From the sequence record PP047754: a stretch of DNA of 64,000 nucleotides; one strand, 5' to 3'. The notes below the pieces were generated by a model. It saw only the letters and a list, made by a program, of their open reading frames with translations. It searched no databases and had not been told where the DNA came from. Both the position numbers and the translations under genes were made by a program. The stretch is from Escherichia phage KEP4. Below are positions 38,939 to 48,546 of the stretch, piece after piece. Every line of letters starts with the position of its first letter. Position 1 is the stretch's first letter.

Positions 38939-39592
38939 TCAATGTCTAGCGGGGAGAACTCCCACTGGTTCGATACCTTCCATCACCAGGGAGTTCACCC
39001 CAACATCACTCATTCGAATCCATACTTTACCGCCTGGTCTTATTTCATAGATGTTCATTTCATTACCCACAGCAGATCCATTAACGAAAACACCCTGAGT
39101 GGCAATTCGGATCGGAGATTTGGTGTTATTAACTATCTGAAATGATATTGCAACGTCTCTGGTGATTTCTACGTCCCTTGCTTGAGTATTCCTTCTGAGT
39201 TTGTCAAAGAAAGAAGGGTTGAAAGTCGCTATGATGCTATTATTCTGAGAGTAATAAATACTTGCGGATAGATATGGGATCTTTCCTTCGTCACCTTTCC
39301 TCAATAGGGGAATCGTGGTTTTCCAGTATGGTCTCAGTGACTGGTTGTTATCATCAAAACAACCAACAGCTTGAAGAGTCTGGAAGTTCTGAAAATCAGA
39401 TACTACTTGATTCAGAATATTTTTATTGCATTTATCAATGTCGGCTGAGATGTTAACAGGTATGGTTCTGATTTCAGGATCCCAGAGGTCGGTTACAGAA
39501 ATGACGGACGTGACAAAGATACGGCAACTTGTGAGTGCAAGCACCATTATCATCGTCATGATCCATTTTCTGAATCCGCGTATCAGGAACAC
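38939..39592 (-). CDS. putative lipoprotein on the opposite strand (217 aa from GTG 39592; 206 aa from ATG 39559)
   Basis: GTG 39592 with GGAG 9 nt upstream; n-region RGFRKW, h-region IMTMIMVLALTS, lipobox LTSC; abuts the stop of ORF 38210. Confidence 0.5.
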   Translation of the reverse strand: MFLIRGFRKWIMTMIMVLALTSCRIFVTSVISVTDLWDPEIRTIPVNISADIDKCNKNILNQVVSDFQNFQTLQAVGCFDDNNQSLRPYWKTTIPLLRKGDEGKIPYLSASIYYSQNNSIIATFNPSFFDKLRRNTQARDVEITRDVAISFQIVNNTKSPIRIATQGVFVNGSAVGNEMNIYEIRPGGKVWIRMSDVGVNSLVMEGIEPVGVLPARH

Positions 39593-39622
39593 TAAAACGT
39601 TCTCCACAGCAAAGGTGCTAAC

Positions 39623-40117
39623 ATGACAGGTGTACAATTCAAAAACGAAAATCCTAATTTCGCGGCTTCCGATAAATGGCGCTTAACTATCGGAGACCTA
39701 ATATTGCTTACTCGTTCAATACATGACTTCAGTATTCCTGGAGTGTATTCTGAAGGTATCGAGGGACCATCCCCTGGCGATGTGCTCAACTCCATACCTT
39801 CAGAACGTCTCACGTATGACCCCATCGTATTTACGTTCGTTATCGATGAGAGTTGGTACAACTGGGAACAGATTTACAATTGGATTGCGTCCAATGCTGG
39901 ATCTGATTTAGCTGTTAGCCGTGACATCACCATCGACCTTCTTGATAACATGAATCGACCTGTTGGTCTACAATTGTTGTTGGAAGAAGCCCGTCCCACA
40001 GCTTTGGACAACGTATTGGTGGATGTGGATGCTGCGGTTCCCCAACTGGTCACGACTGTCACGTTCAAATATTTGAAACTGACTCCGACTCGCGTCACCC
40101 GCGAAATTGATAAATAA
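39623..40117 (+). CDS. hypothetical protein (164 aa)
   Basis: ORF only. Confidence 0.5.
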   Translation: MTGVQFKNENPNFAASDKWRLTIGDLILLTRSIHDFSIPGVYSEGIEGPSPGDVLNSIPSERLTYDPIVFTFVIDESWYNWEQIYNWIASNAGSDLAVSRDITIDLLDNMNRPVGLQLLLEEARPTALDNVLVDVDAAVPQLVTTVTFKYLKLTPTRVTREIDK

Positions 40118-40158
40118 TAAGTTATAATACAGAGAGTTGAAACAGCAGGGAATAAATC

Positions 40159-40614
40159 ATGAGCGAAACAAAACTTGAAACGATGAAAACCGAAGATATA
40201 ATGGCAGAATTGGAGCCTCTTATTTCGGTAAATCCTGAAGACATGAACTTAGACCAAATGTCATTGAAAATTGGTCGTTCGTGGATGACTGTGCAACGCC
40301 ATTATATTCGTGAAGGAAGATATCTGGAGTATCTAACTGGCAAATTCCGCCAAATAGATCTCTATTTACGCCGATTTTATGCAGGGGAATTGCCGCCCAA
40401 CGTTTATGTTGAACGCCCATTAAAAGTTCGACCCCTGAAATCTGATATAGATGTTTGGGTAAAAGCAGATGATGATTATATCGAATTGTCTAGCATGCTT
40501 CAAGAGCAGAAAGCCAAAGTCAAGTTTATCGAAAGTTGCTTAGATCGTTTGAACAAACTCGGATATGAAGTGAAGAATGCTATTGATTGGCGAAAATATT
40601 TGGATGGGATGTAA
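40159..40614 (+). CDS. uvsY: recombination mediator UvsY-like protein, tentative
   Basis: 151 aa; C-terminal CLDRLNKLGYEVKNAIDWRKY resembles T4 UvsY ALDAIKSRGFAIKHIQDMRAF; sits upstream of uvsW. Confidence 0.4.
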   Translation: MSETKLETMKTEDIMAELEPLISVNPEDMNLDQMSLKIGRSWMTVQRHYIREGRYLEYLTGKFRQIDLYLRRFYAGELPPNVYVERPLKVRPLKSDIDVWVKADDDYIELSSMLQEQKAKVKFIESCLDRLNKLGYEVKNAIDWRKYLDGM

Positions 40615-41360
40615 TGGTTTCTCTACAGGCTTTGCGCAAACTTAATGACTTTGAAAATCGTCATCATACATTTCAGCAATATTCCTTGCCGTTTAAGGAA
40701 CTGACTTGCGTAACTACCGAAAATGGTCGTCACTATGTTTCCCCCACTGGAGTCAAACTAACTTCAGTGACGACCATGTTAGGGCGTACTGGTGACCACA
40801 CATGGTTAGAAGCCTGGCGGGACAAGTTGGGGCATGAAGCTGCTGATATAGAAACACATCGTTGCGCAGACCGTGGGGAAAAACTTCATTTGGCTTGTGA
40901 GTTGTATCTCAAAAACAGACCAATGAAGGAAGTTCTGGAAGCTGCAGGGGAATACGTGTTTATGTTCAAACAGGTTTTCCCCTACCTTAACAAAATGAGC
41001 AAGATATATGCACAAGAGATTCCATTATATAGCGAAGTCCTGGGTCTTGCTGGTCGTGTTGACCTCATCGGGGTTTACGAAGGAATTCCAAGCATAATCG
41101 ATTTCAAAACATCTAACACCCTAAAAACTCGAAGCATGATAGAAGATTATAGTATTCAATTGTGTCTATACTCAGTCATGTTTCAACAAATGTTTAATGT
41201 CAAGATAGAGCGTTTAATCAATATTATATCCAACGAAAATGCCCTTGTTCCCACCATAATCGAATTCGATCGCAAAGACGTTATTTCTAAAATGTTTGAC
41301 CGTGTCCGTCTGTATCACAAAATGGACAAAGAACAGAAAGGAATCTGGGCGGATCGCTAA
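40614..41360 (+). CDS. PD-(D/E)XK-family nuclease (Cas4/RecB-like fold), tentative
   Basis: GRVDLIGVYEGIPSIIDFKTS fits the D...(I/V)DxK motif; TAATG overlap with the upstream gene. Confidence 0.45.
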   Translation: MVSLQALRKLNDFENRHHTFQQYSLPFKELTCVTTENGRHYVSPTGVKLTSVTTMLGRTGDHTWLEAWRDKLGHEAADIETHRCADRGEKLHLACELYLKNRPMKEVLEAAGEYVFMFKQVFPYLNKMSKIYAQEIPLYSEVLGLAGRVDLIGVYEGIPSIIDFKTSNTLKTRSMIEDYSIQLCLYSVMFQQMFNVKIERLINIISNENALVPTIIEFDRKDVISKMFDRVRLYHKMDKEQKGIWADR

Positions 41361-41363
41361 ATA
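41357..41363 (+). promoter_or_regulatory. late-promoter-like box CTAAATA overlapping the upstream stop codon
   Basis: 27 nt upstream of uvsW ATG 41390; GGGGG 9 nt before the ATG. Confidence 0.35.
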
Positions 41364-41389
41364 CTCCATAATATTGGGGGAAATTAGTG

Positions 41390-42889
41390 ATGTCTGAGAT
41401 CCAAATAGTCAAAGTGAACGAAGTTAGAATGCGGATCCTCGCCGAGGATTATATCCGTGAAGAACTCAACGATTACTTCAAATTTGAAGATCCTAATTTC
41501 CAACCGAATCCGTTCAGTAAATGGGACGGCGTAGTGCGGCTGTTCACAAAGAGTTCTGGGCTTATCGACATCGGCCTGTTATTTGAGGTGTTCAAATTCT
41601 GTAAGATGAACGGTTACACCATCAAATTAGATCCGACCTTAAAATATATTCAAGATATTCCGGATGAAGAAATTCATGCGTTCATCGATACATTGAATGC
41701 GGTGTACCGAGACGAAAACAAACAATATCAAAAAGCGATTGTCCGTGATTATCAATTTGATTCTGTTGCCACAGCAATACGCCAAAGCAGATGTGTCCTC
41801 GAAGCTGCCACGAGTGCTGGCAAATCCTTTATTTTGTACATCATGGCGCGTTACTACAGGCAACGCAGAGATGCCCTCGAAAGTAATCTGAGGACGTTAA
41901 TTGTTGTACCATCCATTCATTTGGTGACTCAGTTGTATGACAACTTCGAAGAATATAGCCACGGGACAGAATGGAAGCCATTGATGAACGTCCAGACAAT
42001 ATACGAAGGGGCAACGAAAGAGATTTTCAAACCCATAGTTATTTCAACTTGGCAAGGTATCCAGAACCAACCCAAAGAGTGGTTCCATCAATTTGGAGAT
42101 ATCGTCGTTGACGAAGTACATACATCAAAATCAGATAAATTGTCTTACATCTTGAACAACTGTATTAACGCTGATCAACGTTTGGGAGTAACCGGAACCC
42201 TGGCGAATACAAAGGTCGCAGGGTTACAAGTCGTTGCTCACTTTGGCGCATATCATAAAATTATTACAGCGCGCGATTTAATCGATCTAGGATATGCGGC
42301 AGACATCAATGTTAATATGATTGAAGTCATACATCCTATGGCAGACTGTATTGAAATGCACGGTGCTGAGTATCAAAAGGAAATAGAATTCCTCATTGCT
42401 AACGAACGCCGAAATGAATTGATAGCTCGAATGGCTCTATCTTTGAAAGGGAACGTGGCAGTCATGTTCGAACGTATCGATGCACACATGATGTTGGTTT
42501 ATGAAATGCTATCGGCAGTCAAGAAAAACGTATTCGTCATCAACGGGGAAGTCAAGACAGAAGTTCGTAAACAGATTCAGGCTGCTATGGAAGAAGGGGA
42601 AGATATAACACTGTTGGCATCATATGGTACTATGCAACAGGGCGTATCTATCAAAAAACTCCATCATCTGATATTGGCCCATCCCAGCAAATCTTATATC
42701 CGTGTTATACAGACATTGGGGCGTTTGATGCGTCAGCATTCCTCTAAGGATGTTGCGCGAATCTGGGACCTGGTAGACAACCTGCGTTACAACGGTTCCT
42801 ACAACCATGCTCTCAGGCATTCTCATGAGAGATATAAATTTTATCTTATGGAGCGCCACCCTGTTAAAATGAAAAAAGTGGCGCTCTAA
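41390..42889 (+). CDS. uvsW: UvsW-type SF2 DNA helicase
   Basis: WDGVVRLF, ATSAGKS (Walker A), VDEVH (DExH), STWQGIQNQPKEWFHQFG, KKLHHLILAHP, IQTLGRLMRQHSSK, IWDLVDN parallel T4 UvsW motifs; track start 41387 is GTG. Confidence 0.9.
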   Translation: MSEIQIVKVNEVRMRILAEDYIREELNDYFKFEDPNFQPNPFSKWDGVVRLFTKSSGLIDIGLLFEVFKFCKMNGYTIKLDPTLKYIQDIPDEEIHAFIDTLNAVYRDENKQYQKAIVRDYQFDSVATAIRQSRCVLEAATSAGKSFILYIMARYYRQRRDALESNLRTLIVVPSIHLVTQLYDNFEEYSHGTEWKPLMNVQTIYEGATKEIFKPIVISTWQGIQNQPKEWFHQFGDIVVDEVHTSKSDKLSYILNNCINADQRLGVTGTLANTKVAGLQVVAHFGAYHKIITARDLIDLGYAADINVNMIEVIHPMADCIEMHGAEYQKEIEFLIANERRNELIARMALSLKGNVAVMFERIDAHMMLVYEMLSAVKKNVFVINGEVKTEVRKQIQAAMEEGEDITLLASYGTMQQGVSIKKLHHLILAHPSKSYIRVIQTLGRLMRQHSSKDVARIWDLVDNLRYNGSYNHALRHSHERYKFYLMERHPVKMKKVAL

Positions 42890-42894
42890 CCATT

Positions 42895-43260
42895 TCAAAT
42901 ATCTTGATTCACATAGGCGGGGGTTGCCTCGCCTTCTTTGTTGGAACCAAATAAACAGTCGATCGTGCCAATACATTGTTGTAGCACTTTCGGCTCAAGA
43001 ATCTGAGAAAACAATTCTTCATTAGATGCCAGCAGTGGAACAACTTTCACTTCCCGCGCCTGGCCTTGTTGAATAATGCCAACATACAGACCTTTGTTAT
43101 TTGGGAGTAATGGTATCACCAACATCGGTGACACAATAAACCCCGATGTACAGAAAAGGCTTTGTAAATAAACGCCTTTTAATGACGAACGTTGTTCTGA
43201 TATGGAAAGAATTGCTTCTTGGTCTTCCCCTACTGCGTATAAACCAACAAATTGCTTCAT
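42895..43260 (-). CDS. hypothetical protein (121 aa), convergent with uvsW
   Basis: minus-strand ORF with ATG at 43260; no motif recognised. Confidence 0.45.
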   Translation of the reverse strand: MKQFVGLYAVGEDQEAILSISEQRSSLKGVYLQSLFCTSGFIVSPMLVIPLLPNNKGLYVGIIQQGQAREVKVVPLLASNEELFSQILEPKVLQQCIGTIDCLFGSNKEGEATPAYVNQDI

Positions 43261-43599
43261 ATATTATTTCTCACGTGTTAGCAAACTTGGCTACATAATA
43301 ATGTCATGCTCTGTTTAGACCAAATAAAATATTTTACTTGTTGAATAAAAATCGCTTTCTTGTTGAACAATCCGTGCGTAATATACGAGTTGTGAGCTTT
43401 GCGAGCAACGAGTATTATCACGAGCGAAGCGAGTAGACTGATAAAGAAAGGTTTTATTAAAACAGAATATTATAAATGCCGTCAGGCATTTATTTATCGC
43501 GCGTAGGGCAATTTATCACTTGTTCTATAACTACAAACACGCGATACTAATTTGCGTCAAATATGACTTGAACCCCACTATATTTTGAGGATACAACTA

Positions 43600-44268
43600 A
43601 TGCAAGAGATCACTCTCTCCGAACGCACTTTACAACTGCTGGCTAACTTTGAAACCATCTGCCCCTCTATCGTTCTGGCACCTGGTAAAAAGTTGCGCAC
43701 TGTTAACGATTCCAGTACAGTTATCGCTATTGCCGACATTGACGAAGACTTCCCGTTCGAATTCCCGATTCTGGATCTGACCAAATTGCTGGCAATCCAG
43801 CGTCTGCCGAGTTTTAAAGGCGGTAAAATTGAAATGTCGGAAGACCACATTTTGCTGAAAGGTGAAAACTCCCAACTGCAATTCTGGCGTTCCGCTAAAG
43901 AACTGACTGTCGTTCCGGCAGACAGCATCGATCTCCCGTCTGTAGAATTTGAAGCAACAGTCACTCCTGAAAAAATGAAAGAGCTGACCCGCGCATGTTC
44001 TACTCTGGGCCACAAAACTGTACGCCTGGTTGCCAGCGGCGGTAAAACTCGTCTGGTGGGCACGACCACTACTATCGACAATTCCAACGATTACACTGTT
44101 GAGTTGGGTGAAACAACTCTGGGTGATTTTGCTATGCCTGTTGATGTGGTCAACCTGAAAATGATCGAAGGCAACTACGTGATCCGCGCCTGTGCCGAAA
44201 TGCAACTGGTTAACTTCCAATCCGCAGACGGCACCATCAACTATTACGTCGGCATGCAGCTGGATTAA
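43600..44268 (+). CDS. sliding clamp (T4 gp45-like)
   Basis: 222 aa; N-terminus TLQLLANFETICPSIVLAPG parallels T4 gp45 TTALLKNFATINSGIMLKSG; GAGGA SD; precedes clamp-loader genes. Confidence 0.8.
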   Translation: MQEITLSERTLQLLANFETICPSIVLAPGKKLRTVNDSSTVIAIADIDEDFPFEFPILDLTKLLAIQRLPSFKGGKIEMSEDHILLKGENSQLQFWRSAKELTVVPADSIDLPSVEFEATVTPEKMKELTRACSTLGHKTVRLVASGGKTRLVGTTTTIDNSNDYTVELGETTLGDFAMPVDVVNLKMIEGNYVIRACAEMQLVNFQSADGTINYYVGMQLD

Positions 44269-44298
44269 TCAATAACGATTCGGCGCTTTATTATCGGT

Positions 44299-44320
44299 GG
44301 CGGGGGTTTCCCCGCCCTTT
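44299..44320 (+). terminator. terminator-like hairpin (ggcgggg-gttt-ccccgcc + CTTT)
   Basis: 7-bp GC stem after the clamp gene. Confidence 0.6.
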
Positions 44321-44346
44321 GAAACGTTTTATCTAAAGAGGCTGCA

Positions 44347-45336
44347 ATGTCTAACATCACTATCGTCACAGATCAATACGCGTGGGAAAACAAATATCGT
44401 CCTGACAATCTGGATGAGATCGTCCTCCCTTCAGACGTCCGTGCAAAAATCCATGGCTATGTTACATCAGGTAATGGAAACATCCCCTCAATGCTGTTCT
44501 ATTCCCCTCAGCCTGGTACGGGCAAGACTACTTCTGCTCTGGCTGTGTGCAACGAAATCGGTTGTATCAAACCGTTGACGATCAATGCGTCACTGGATAA
44601 CAGCATTGATGTCATCCGTGACCGTGTTATTCAATACGCAACTGGCGTCAGTGTTTTCGGTGGCCGCAAAGTCGTTATCCTCGATGAAGTTGAGCGACTT
44701 TCCATGGCGGCGCAGGAATCCCTGAAAGGCATCGTAGAGAAAGTCTCAAAAAACTGCTCCTTCATCCTGACGACTAATGCGAAACAGCGCGTTAACGAAC
44801 CTCTGCGTTCCCGCTGTCGTGAAATTGATTTTATCTGGTCTGAAAAGGAAGCAGATGAAGTTAAACTTCAATTCATGCGTCGTTGCGCAACTATCCTGAC
44901 AGAGGAAGGCATTCCGTATGAAGCTGGTGTAATTGCTTCCATTGTGAAATCATATTTCCCAGATAATCGCAAAATTATGGGAACTCTTCAGGATAATGCC
45001 ACCACGTTTGGTAAAATCGATGAACGCGCTCTGGCACAGGTTAAAGCAGGGGAATTCCAAGCGTTGGTGGATTTCCTAAAAACCAATGATTGGGCTGGGA
45101 TGAAGCAGTGGGTGACCGACAACCAAAACTACATCACTGAAGATTTTTATTCCCGTTTCTTCCATTTCTGCGTTCCCCAGAACAAGGAAAAGACTCCTTT
45201 GATTCAAAACGAGTCAATCCCTGATCTGGTATGTGTCTGTGGTCAGTCTCAGATTGAACATCGTTCCGTCGGCGACGTCTGGTTACACGGCGTTTACTTC
45301 TTGACTAACGTCATGCTCAACATCAAATGGAAGTAA
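44347..45336 (+). CDS. clamp loader large subunit (T4 gp44-like AAA+ ATPase)
   Basis: Walker A PQPGTGKTT, Walker B ILDEVE, sensor SRC motif (RSRCREI). Confidence 0.85.
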   Translation: MSNITIVTDQYAWENKYRPDNLDEIVLPSDVRAKIHGYVTSGNGNIPSMLFYSPQPGTGKTTSALAVCNEIGCIKPLTINASLDNSIDVIRDRVIQYATGVSVFGGRKVVILDEVERLSMAAQESLKGIVEKVSKNCSFILTTNAKQRVNEPLRSRCREIDFIWSEKEADEVKLQFMRRCATILTEEGIPYEAGVIASIVKSYFPDNRKIMGTLQDNATTFGKIDERALAQVKAGEFQALVDFLKTNDWAGMKQWVTDNQNYITEDFYSRFFHFCVPQNKEKTPLIQNESIPDLVCVCGQSQIEHRSVGDVWLHGVYFLTNVMLNIKWK

Positions 45337-45340
45337 TATT

Positions 45341-45763
45341 ATGGCCGCTCCGTCACTGTTCGATTACCTCGGTGCGTTGAATAGCACCAAAGAGAATCTG
45401 TTGATGACCGAAGACCCCGAAATCAGAAAGGCTTTTGATCCTTTCATGACTCGGCGCGGCCTTGCTCAGAGTAAAGACACGCTTGTGGTTGCTGAACAAA
45501 TGAACCGCTTCCATGCCATTACTCCTTGGATGCAATGGAACCTGGCGTTTCATAGCATTCCGGCAAAACGTCGCTATGGCAAGTGGTCTAAGAAGGGAGC
45601 TATGGATCCTGATGTGAAATTGATTTCTGAGTATTATTACATCAGTCCTGAAAAGGCTTCAGAATATGTTCGATTCCTGCCGAAAGAAGTCCTGGCTGAA
45701 ATCAAGGCGAAGGTCGAACGTTCCAACAGCAACGAAAAAGCCAAACCGCGCAAGGCTAAGTAA
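45341..45763 (+). CDS. clamp loader small subunit (T4 gp62-like)
   Basis: 140 aa; AKRRYGKWSK matches T4 gp62 GKRYGKWAK; synteny. Confidence 0.7.
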   Translation: MAAPSLFDYLGALNSTKENLLMTEDPEIRKAFDPFMTRRGLAQSKDTLVVAEQMNRFHAITPWMQWNLAFHSIPAKRRYGKWSKKGAMDPDVKLISEYYYISPEKASEYVRFLPKEVLAEIKAKVERSNSNEKAKPRKAK

Positions 45764-45792
45764 TTCAAATAATTGTTAAAGGGGTATGAGTC

Positions 45793-46257
45793 ATGGCGCG
45801 TAATACGCTGGACATCTTAAAACTTTCAGCTGTCAACGATGAGGCCAGCATTGTTGACTGTATGGTTGAAGTTCAATTGAACCAAGACAAACCAGGGATT
45901 TTCCTGGGTATCAAGGAAACGCTGAGTCGGATAGGGGTTAACACTCGTCAAGAGCCTAACACCTTGTATCAAACGTGCCATATCCTGCATAAATTTGGCA
46001 GATATCACATCGTGCATTTCAAGCATTTGTTCATGCTAGATGGGCACTACAACGGCTTTACGCGTGAAGATGTCCTGCGTATGAATCGGATTATACGGCT
46101 TCTGGAGCAATGGAATATGGTTAAGATCTTGCATCCGGAACAAATAACCGAAGTGGCTGACATGTCTCGGATCAAAGTTGTAAAACATGACCAAGTTTCT
46201 GAGTGGAAATTGGTTCCAAAATACACTATTCGCCCAAGTCGGGCAAAAAGCGAATAA
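45793..46257 (+). CDS. regA: translational repressor RegA
   Basis: LYQTCHILHKFGRYHIVHFKHLFMLDG and EWKLVPKYTI match T4 RegA (LYQSCHILQKKGLYYIVHFKEM...EWKLVPKYTIG); about 25-30 aa longer at the N-terminus if ATG 45793 is used. Confidence 0.85.
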   Translation: MARNTLDILKLSAVNDEASIVDCMVEVQLNQDKPGIFLGIKETLSRIGVNTRQEPNTLYQTCHILHKFGRYHIVHFKHLFMLDGHYNGFTREDVLRMNRIIRLLEQWNMVKILHPEQITEVADMSRIKVVKHDQVSEWKLVPKYTIRPSRAKSE

Positions 46258-46273
46258 CTGGAGTCGCTATATT

Positions 46274-47137
46274 ATGACAACTACATTTAATAAAAACGTG
46301 AGATTGAATTTGGCTTTTGGTAATGCGGCTGGAGATATTACAGCCCCTGACTTCGGTAAAATTCGCAATCAGGCCAAACTGGTTCTGGAAGAGACCCGCG
46401 AATTACTGGAAGCGGCTTATTTCGATCATGACATCAAACTTGAGCTGGTGGCAACTCCAAAAGAAGACACCGATGATGTTGATATGGATAAAATCCTGAA
46501 AGCCATCATGGACGCTCAGGGTGATATCACAACTGTTAATGACGGCGTGGCCCATATCGCTGGTTTTAATGGTGATGAATGTTTACAACGTGTGTTTGCC
46601 TCTAACATGAGCAAATTTATTCGCTCAGAAGATGAAGTCGGTCCGGCACTGGAATATTATTATTCACGCGGTTTCCCAGATGGCCAGTTACGCGTTGAAG
46701 GTGAATTCCCTCAGGCATGCATCAAAGTGAATGAGACTGTGATGTGGAATGGAAAAGAATATCCGAAAGGAAAATTCCTGAAAAACATGGCTGTGTTCAA
46801 AGAGCCTGATTTCTCTGATATGCTGACGAATACCCCTTCCCGTCAGATCAATGACATCGTTGCCAGCATGGCAATTGAAGAAGGTCAGGTATTTGTTGAT
46901 GATCTGAACGGCGTGGCGTTGGTATCTCCAAAAACGTTGGAAGTAATTCTTTCTATGGCAGTTGAAAAATCTTCTCGACCCGTAGATGTTAACGGCCAAA
47001 TTGAAAGTTATGTGCCAGCGTATATCATTAACGATACCAATATGCCTAAGCTGTGTGGGGTGTGGGGTGCTAATGTTCGTGTATACGCGTGCGCACCTGT
47101 TCAAAACACTGTGACACACCTCTCTCGCTTCGATTAA
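46274..47137 (+). CDS. hypothetical protein (288 aa); N-terminal EExxELLEA segment is MazG/all-alpha NTP-pyrophosphatase-like (weak)
   Basis: ATG 46274 (track start 46187 overlaps regA); LVLEETRELLEAAYFDHD. Confidence 0.5.
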   Translation: MTTTFNKNVRLNLAFGNAAGDITAPDFGKIRNQAKLVLEETRELLEAAYFDHDIKLELVATPKEDTDDVDMDKILKAIMDAQGDITTVNDGVAHIAGFNGDECLQRVFASNMSKFIRSEDEVGPALEYYYSRGFPDGQLRVEGEFPQACIKVNETVMWNGKEYPKGKFLKNMAVFKEPDFSDMLTNTPSRQINDIVASMAIEEGQVFVDDLNGVALVSPKTLEVILSMAVEKSSRPVDVNGQIESYVPAYIINDTNMPKLCGVWGANVRVYACAPVQNTVTHLSRFD

Positions 47138-47160
47138 TATAATCCGTTATTCACTAAACA

Positions 47161-47188
47161 ACAGAGGCTATAATGGCCTCTGTTTTTG
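47161..47188 (+). terminator. rho-independent terminator (acagaggc-tataat-ggcctctgt + TTTTTG)
   Basis: 8-9-bp stem, U-tract. Confidence 0.8.
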
Positions 47189-47206
47189 TATTCTAGAGAG
47201 GATACC

Positions 47207-48433
47207 ATGAAAGATAAACCGTGTGACATTCCTTATTGCGGTGTTCGGGAAGCTAAAATTAAATCTGCACATCCCATGTTAAGCCCATTCCATAAACAAC
47301 TCGCATACGAATGGATGAGCGAGCGCTATAAGATCCACGTGAGAAAGGACGTCCAGCGTCTTCCTGCTCCTTGGACGGATAATCCCATACTACGGCAGGT
47401 CAAGTTCTGTAACGTCCGGAGAGAGCACGACAGGCAGTCTCTTAACCTGATCAATAATATCGTCAAGAACGACGCTCTGAGCATGGCCGACAAAATGTTC
47501 AACTGTGTTCTGTTCCGCATGTTCAATCTCTGGGATCCGATCAAGGTGGCGCTCGAGGGCGCTATGACGATTTCAGACTTTGCTAAAATCAACCTGGACG
47601 AGACCCGCGCCCGTCTTCAGAAGTTTGAATCTGAAGGTGGTAAGATCTTCACCAACGCATTCAACACAGGCGGTCTAAAACAATGTCTGGCGTTCCCCGA
47701 ACTTGTTGTCAACCACAAGGAGCAGCGCTTCGGTGGCATGATGGTTAAGGTACACCGTGTTGGCCAGGGTGTCGTGGATGAATTGGATTACAAGGTCGCC
47801 AAGAAGCTGGTTGAAGAGAATCCTGGGGAGTACACCATTGAGGGTTGGGAGCCGTACATGCCAATGCGTGTCATCCGCTCTTTGAAGGCATTCGTCAACA
47901 AGTACCCCGATTACTTCAATGATCTTTTACGTCTTGACTCTCCGCTGAAAGTTTACCAGCGCATGTATGATGACATTGAAGGGCTTGGGCCATTCCTGGC
48001 ATATCAGATCTGGGTGGACTTCACATACATCCCTGAGTATCCATTCAGTGAGAATCATTTCACTATTGCTGGTCCAGGTTGCCGTGCGGGTATTGACCTG
48101 ATGTTCCTGGATAAGGACGGCATGACTCATGAAGAATGCATATTCTGGGTTCGTGATCATCAGTATCAATTGTTTGCTCAGTATGGTTATGTCCAAGAGC
48201 AGTTCTGGTCAGCCGAAGCGCCGGAAGATCAGTGCATGAACGTCATGCAGCTGGAGAACATGTTCTGTGAATTGAGCAAGTACACCCGCTGTGTTGAGGC
48301 TATCGAGAGAGGGGAAAAGCCACGCGGCAAGGTCGGTTATGATGGAGGCGGGAGATACAAAAATCGATGCGATGAAATTGTCCTCAATCGCGGATCGGTC
48401 AATTTATTAGATCGTTTGAAGAAACCTGAATAA
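47207..48433 (+). CDS. hypothetical protein (408 aa); speculative DNA/nucleotide-modification enzyme
   Basis: GAGAGG SD; Cys/His-rich N-terminus (CDIPYCG, KFCNVRREHD); no Walker motif; function not assignable by eye. Confidence 0.55.
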   Translation: MKDKPCDIPYCGVREAKIKSAHPMLSPFHKQLAYEWMSERYKIHVRKDVQRLPAPWTDNPILRQVKFCNVRREHDRQSLNLINNIVKNDALSMADKMFNCVLFRMFNLWDPIKVALEGAMTISDFAKINLDETRARLQKFESEGGKIFTNAFNTGGLKQCLAFPELVVNHKEQRFGGMMVKVHRVGQGVVDELDYKVAKKLVEENPGEYTIEGWEPYMPMRVIRSLKAFVNKYPDYFNDLLRLDSPLKVYQRMYDDIEGLGPFLAYQIWVDFTYIPEYPFSENHFTIAGPGCRAGIDLMFLDKDGMTHEECIFWVRDHQYQLFAQYGYVQEQFWSAEAPEDQCMNVMQLENMFCELSKYTRCVEAIERGEKPRGKVGYDGGGRYKNRCDEIVLNRGSVNLLDRLKKPE

Positions 48434-48546
48434 AGAATCGCGTTACTTCGTTCTTCAATAACTTTTTCAACGTATATATTGACCTCACTTTAACGACGCG
48501 CCCCGATAAGGGCGCTCACTTTGAACTGAAACAGGAAGACTATACC

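Noticed and set aside
47169-47174. TATAAT hexamer read as a sigma70 -10 element
   Set aside because: It forms the loop of a strong terminator hairpin and has no suitably spaced -35; most likely coincidental.
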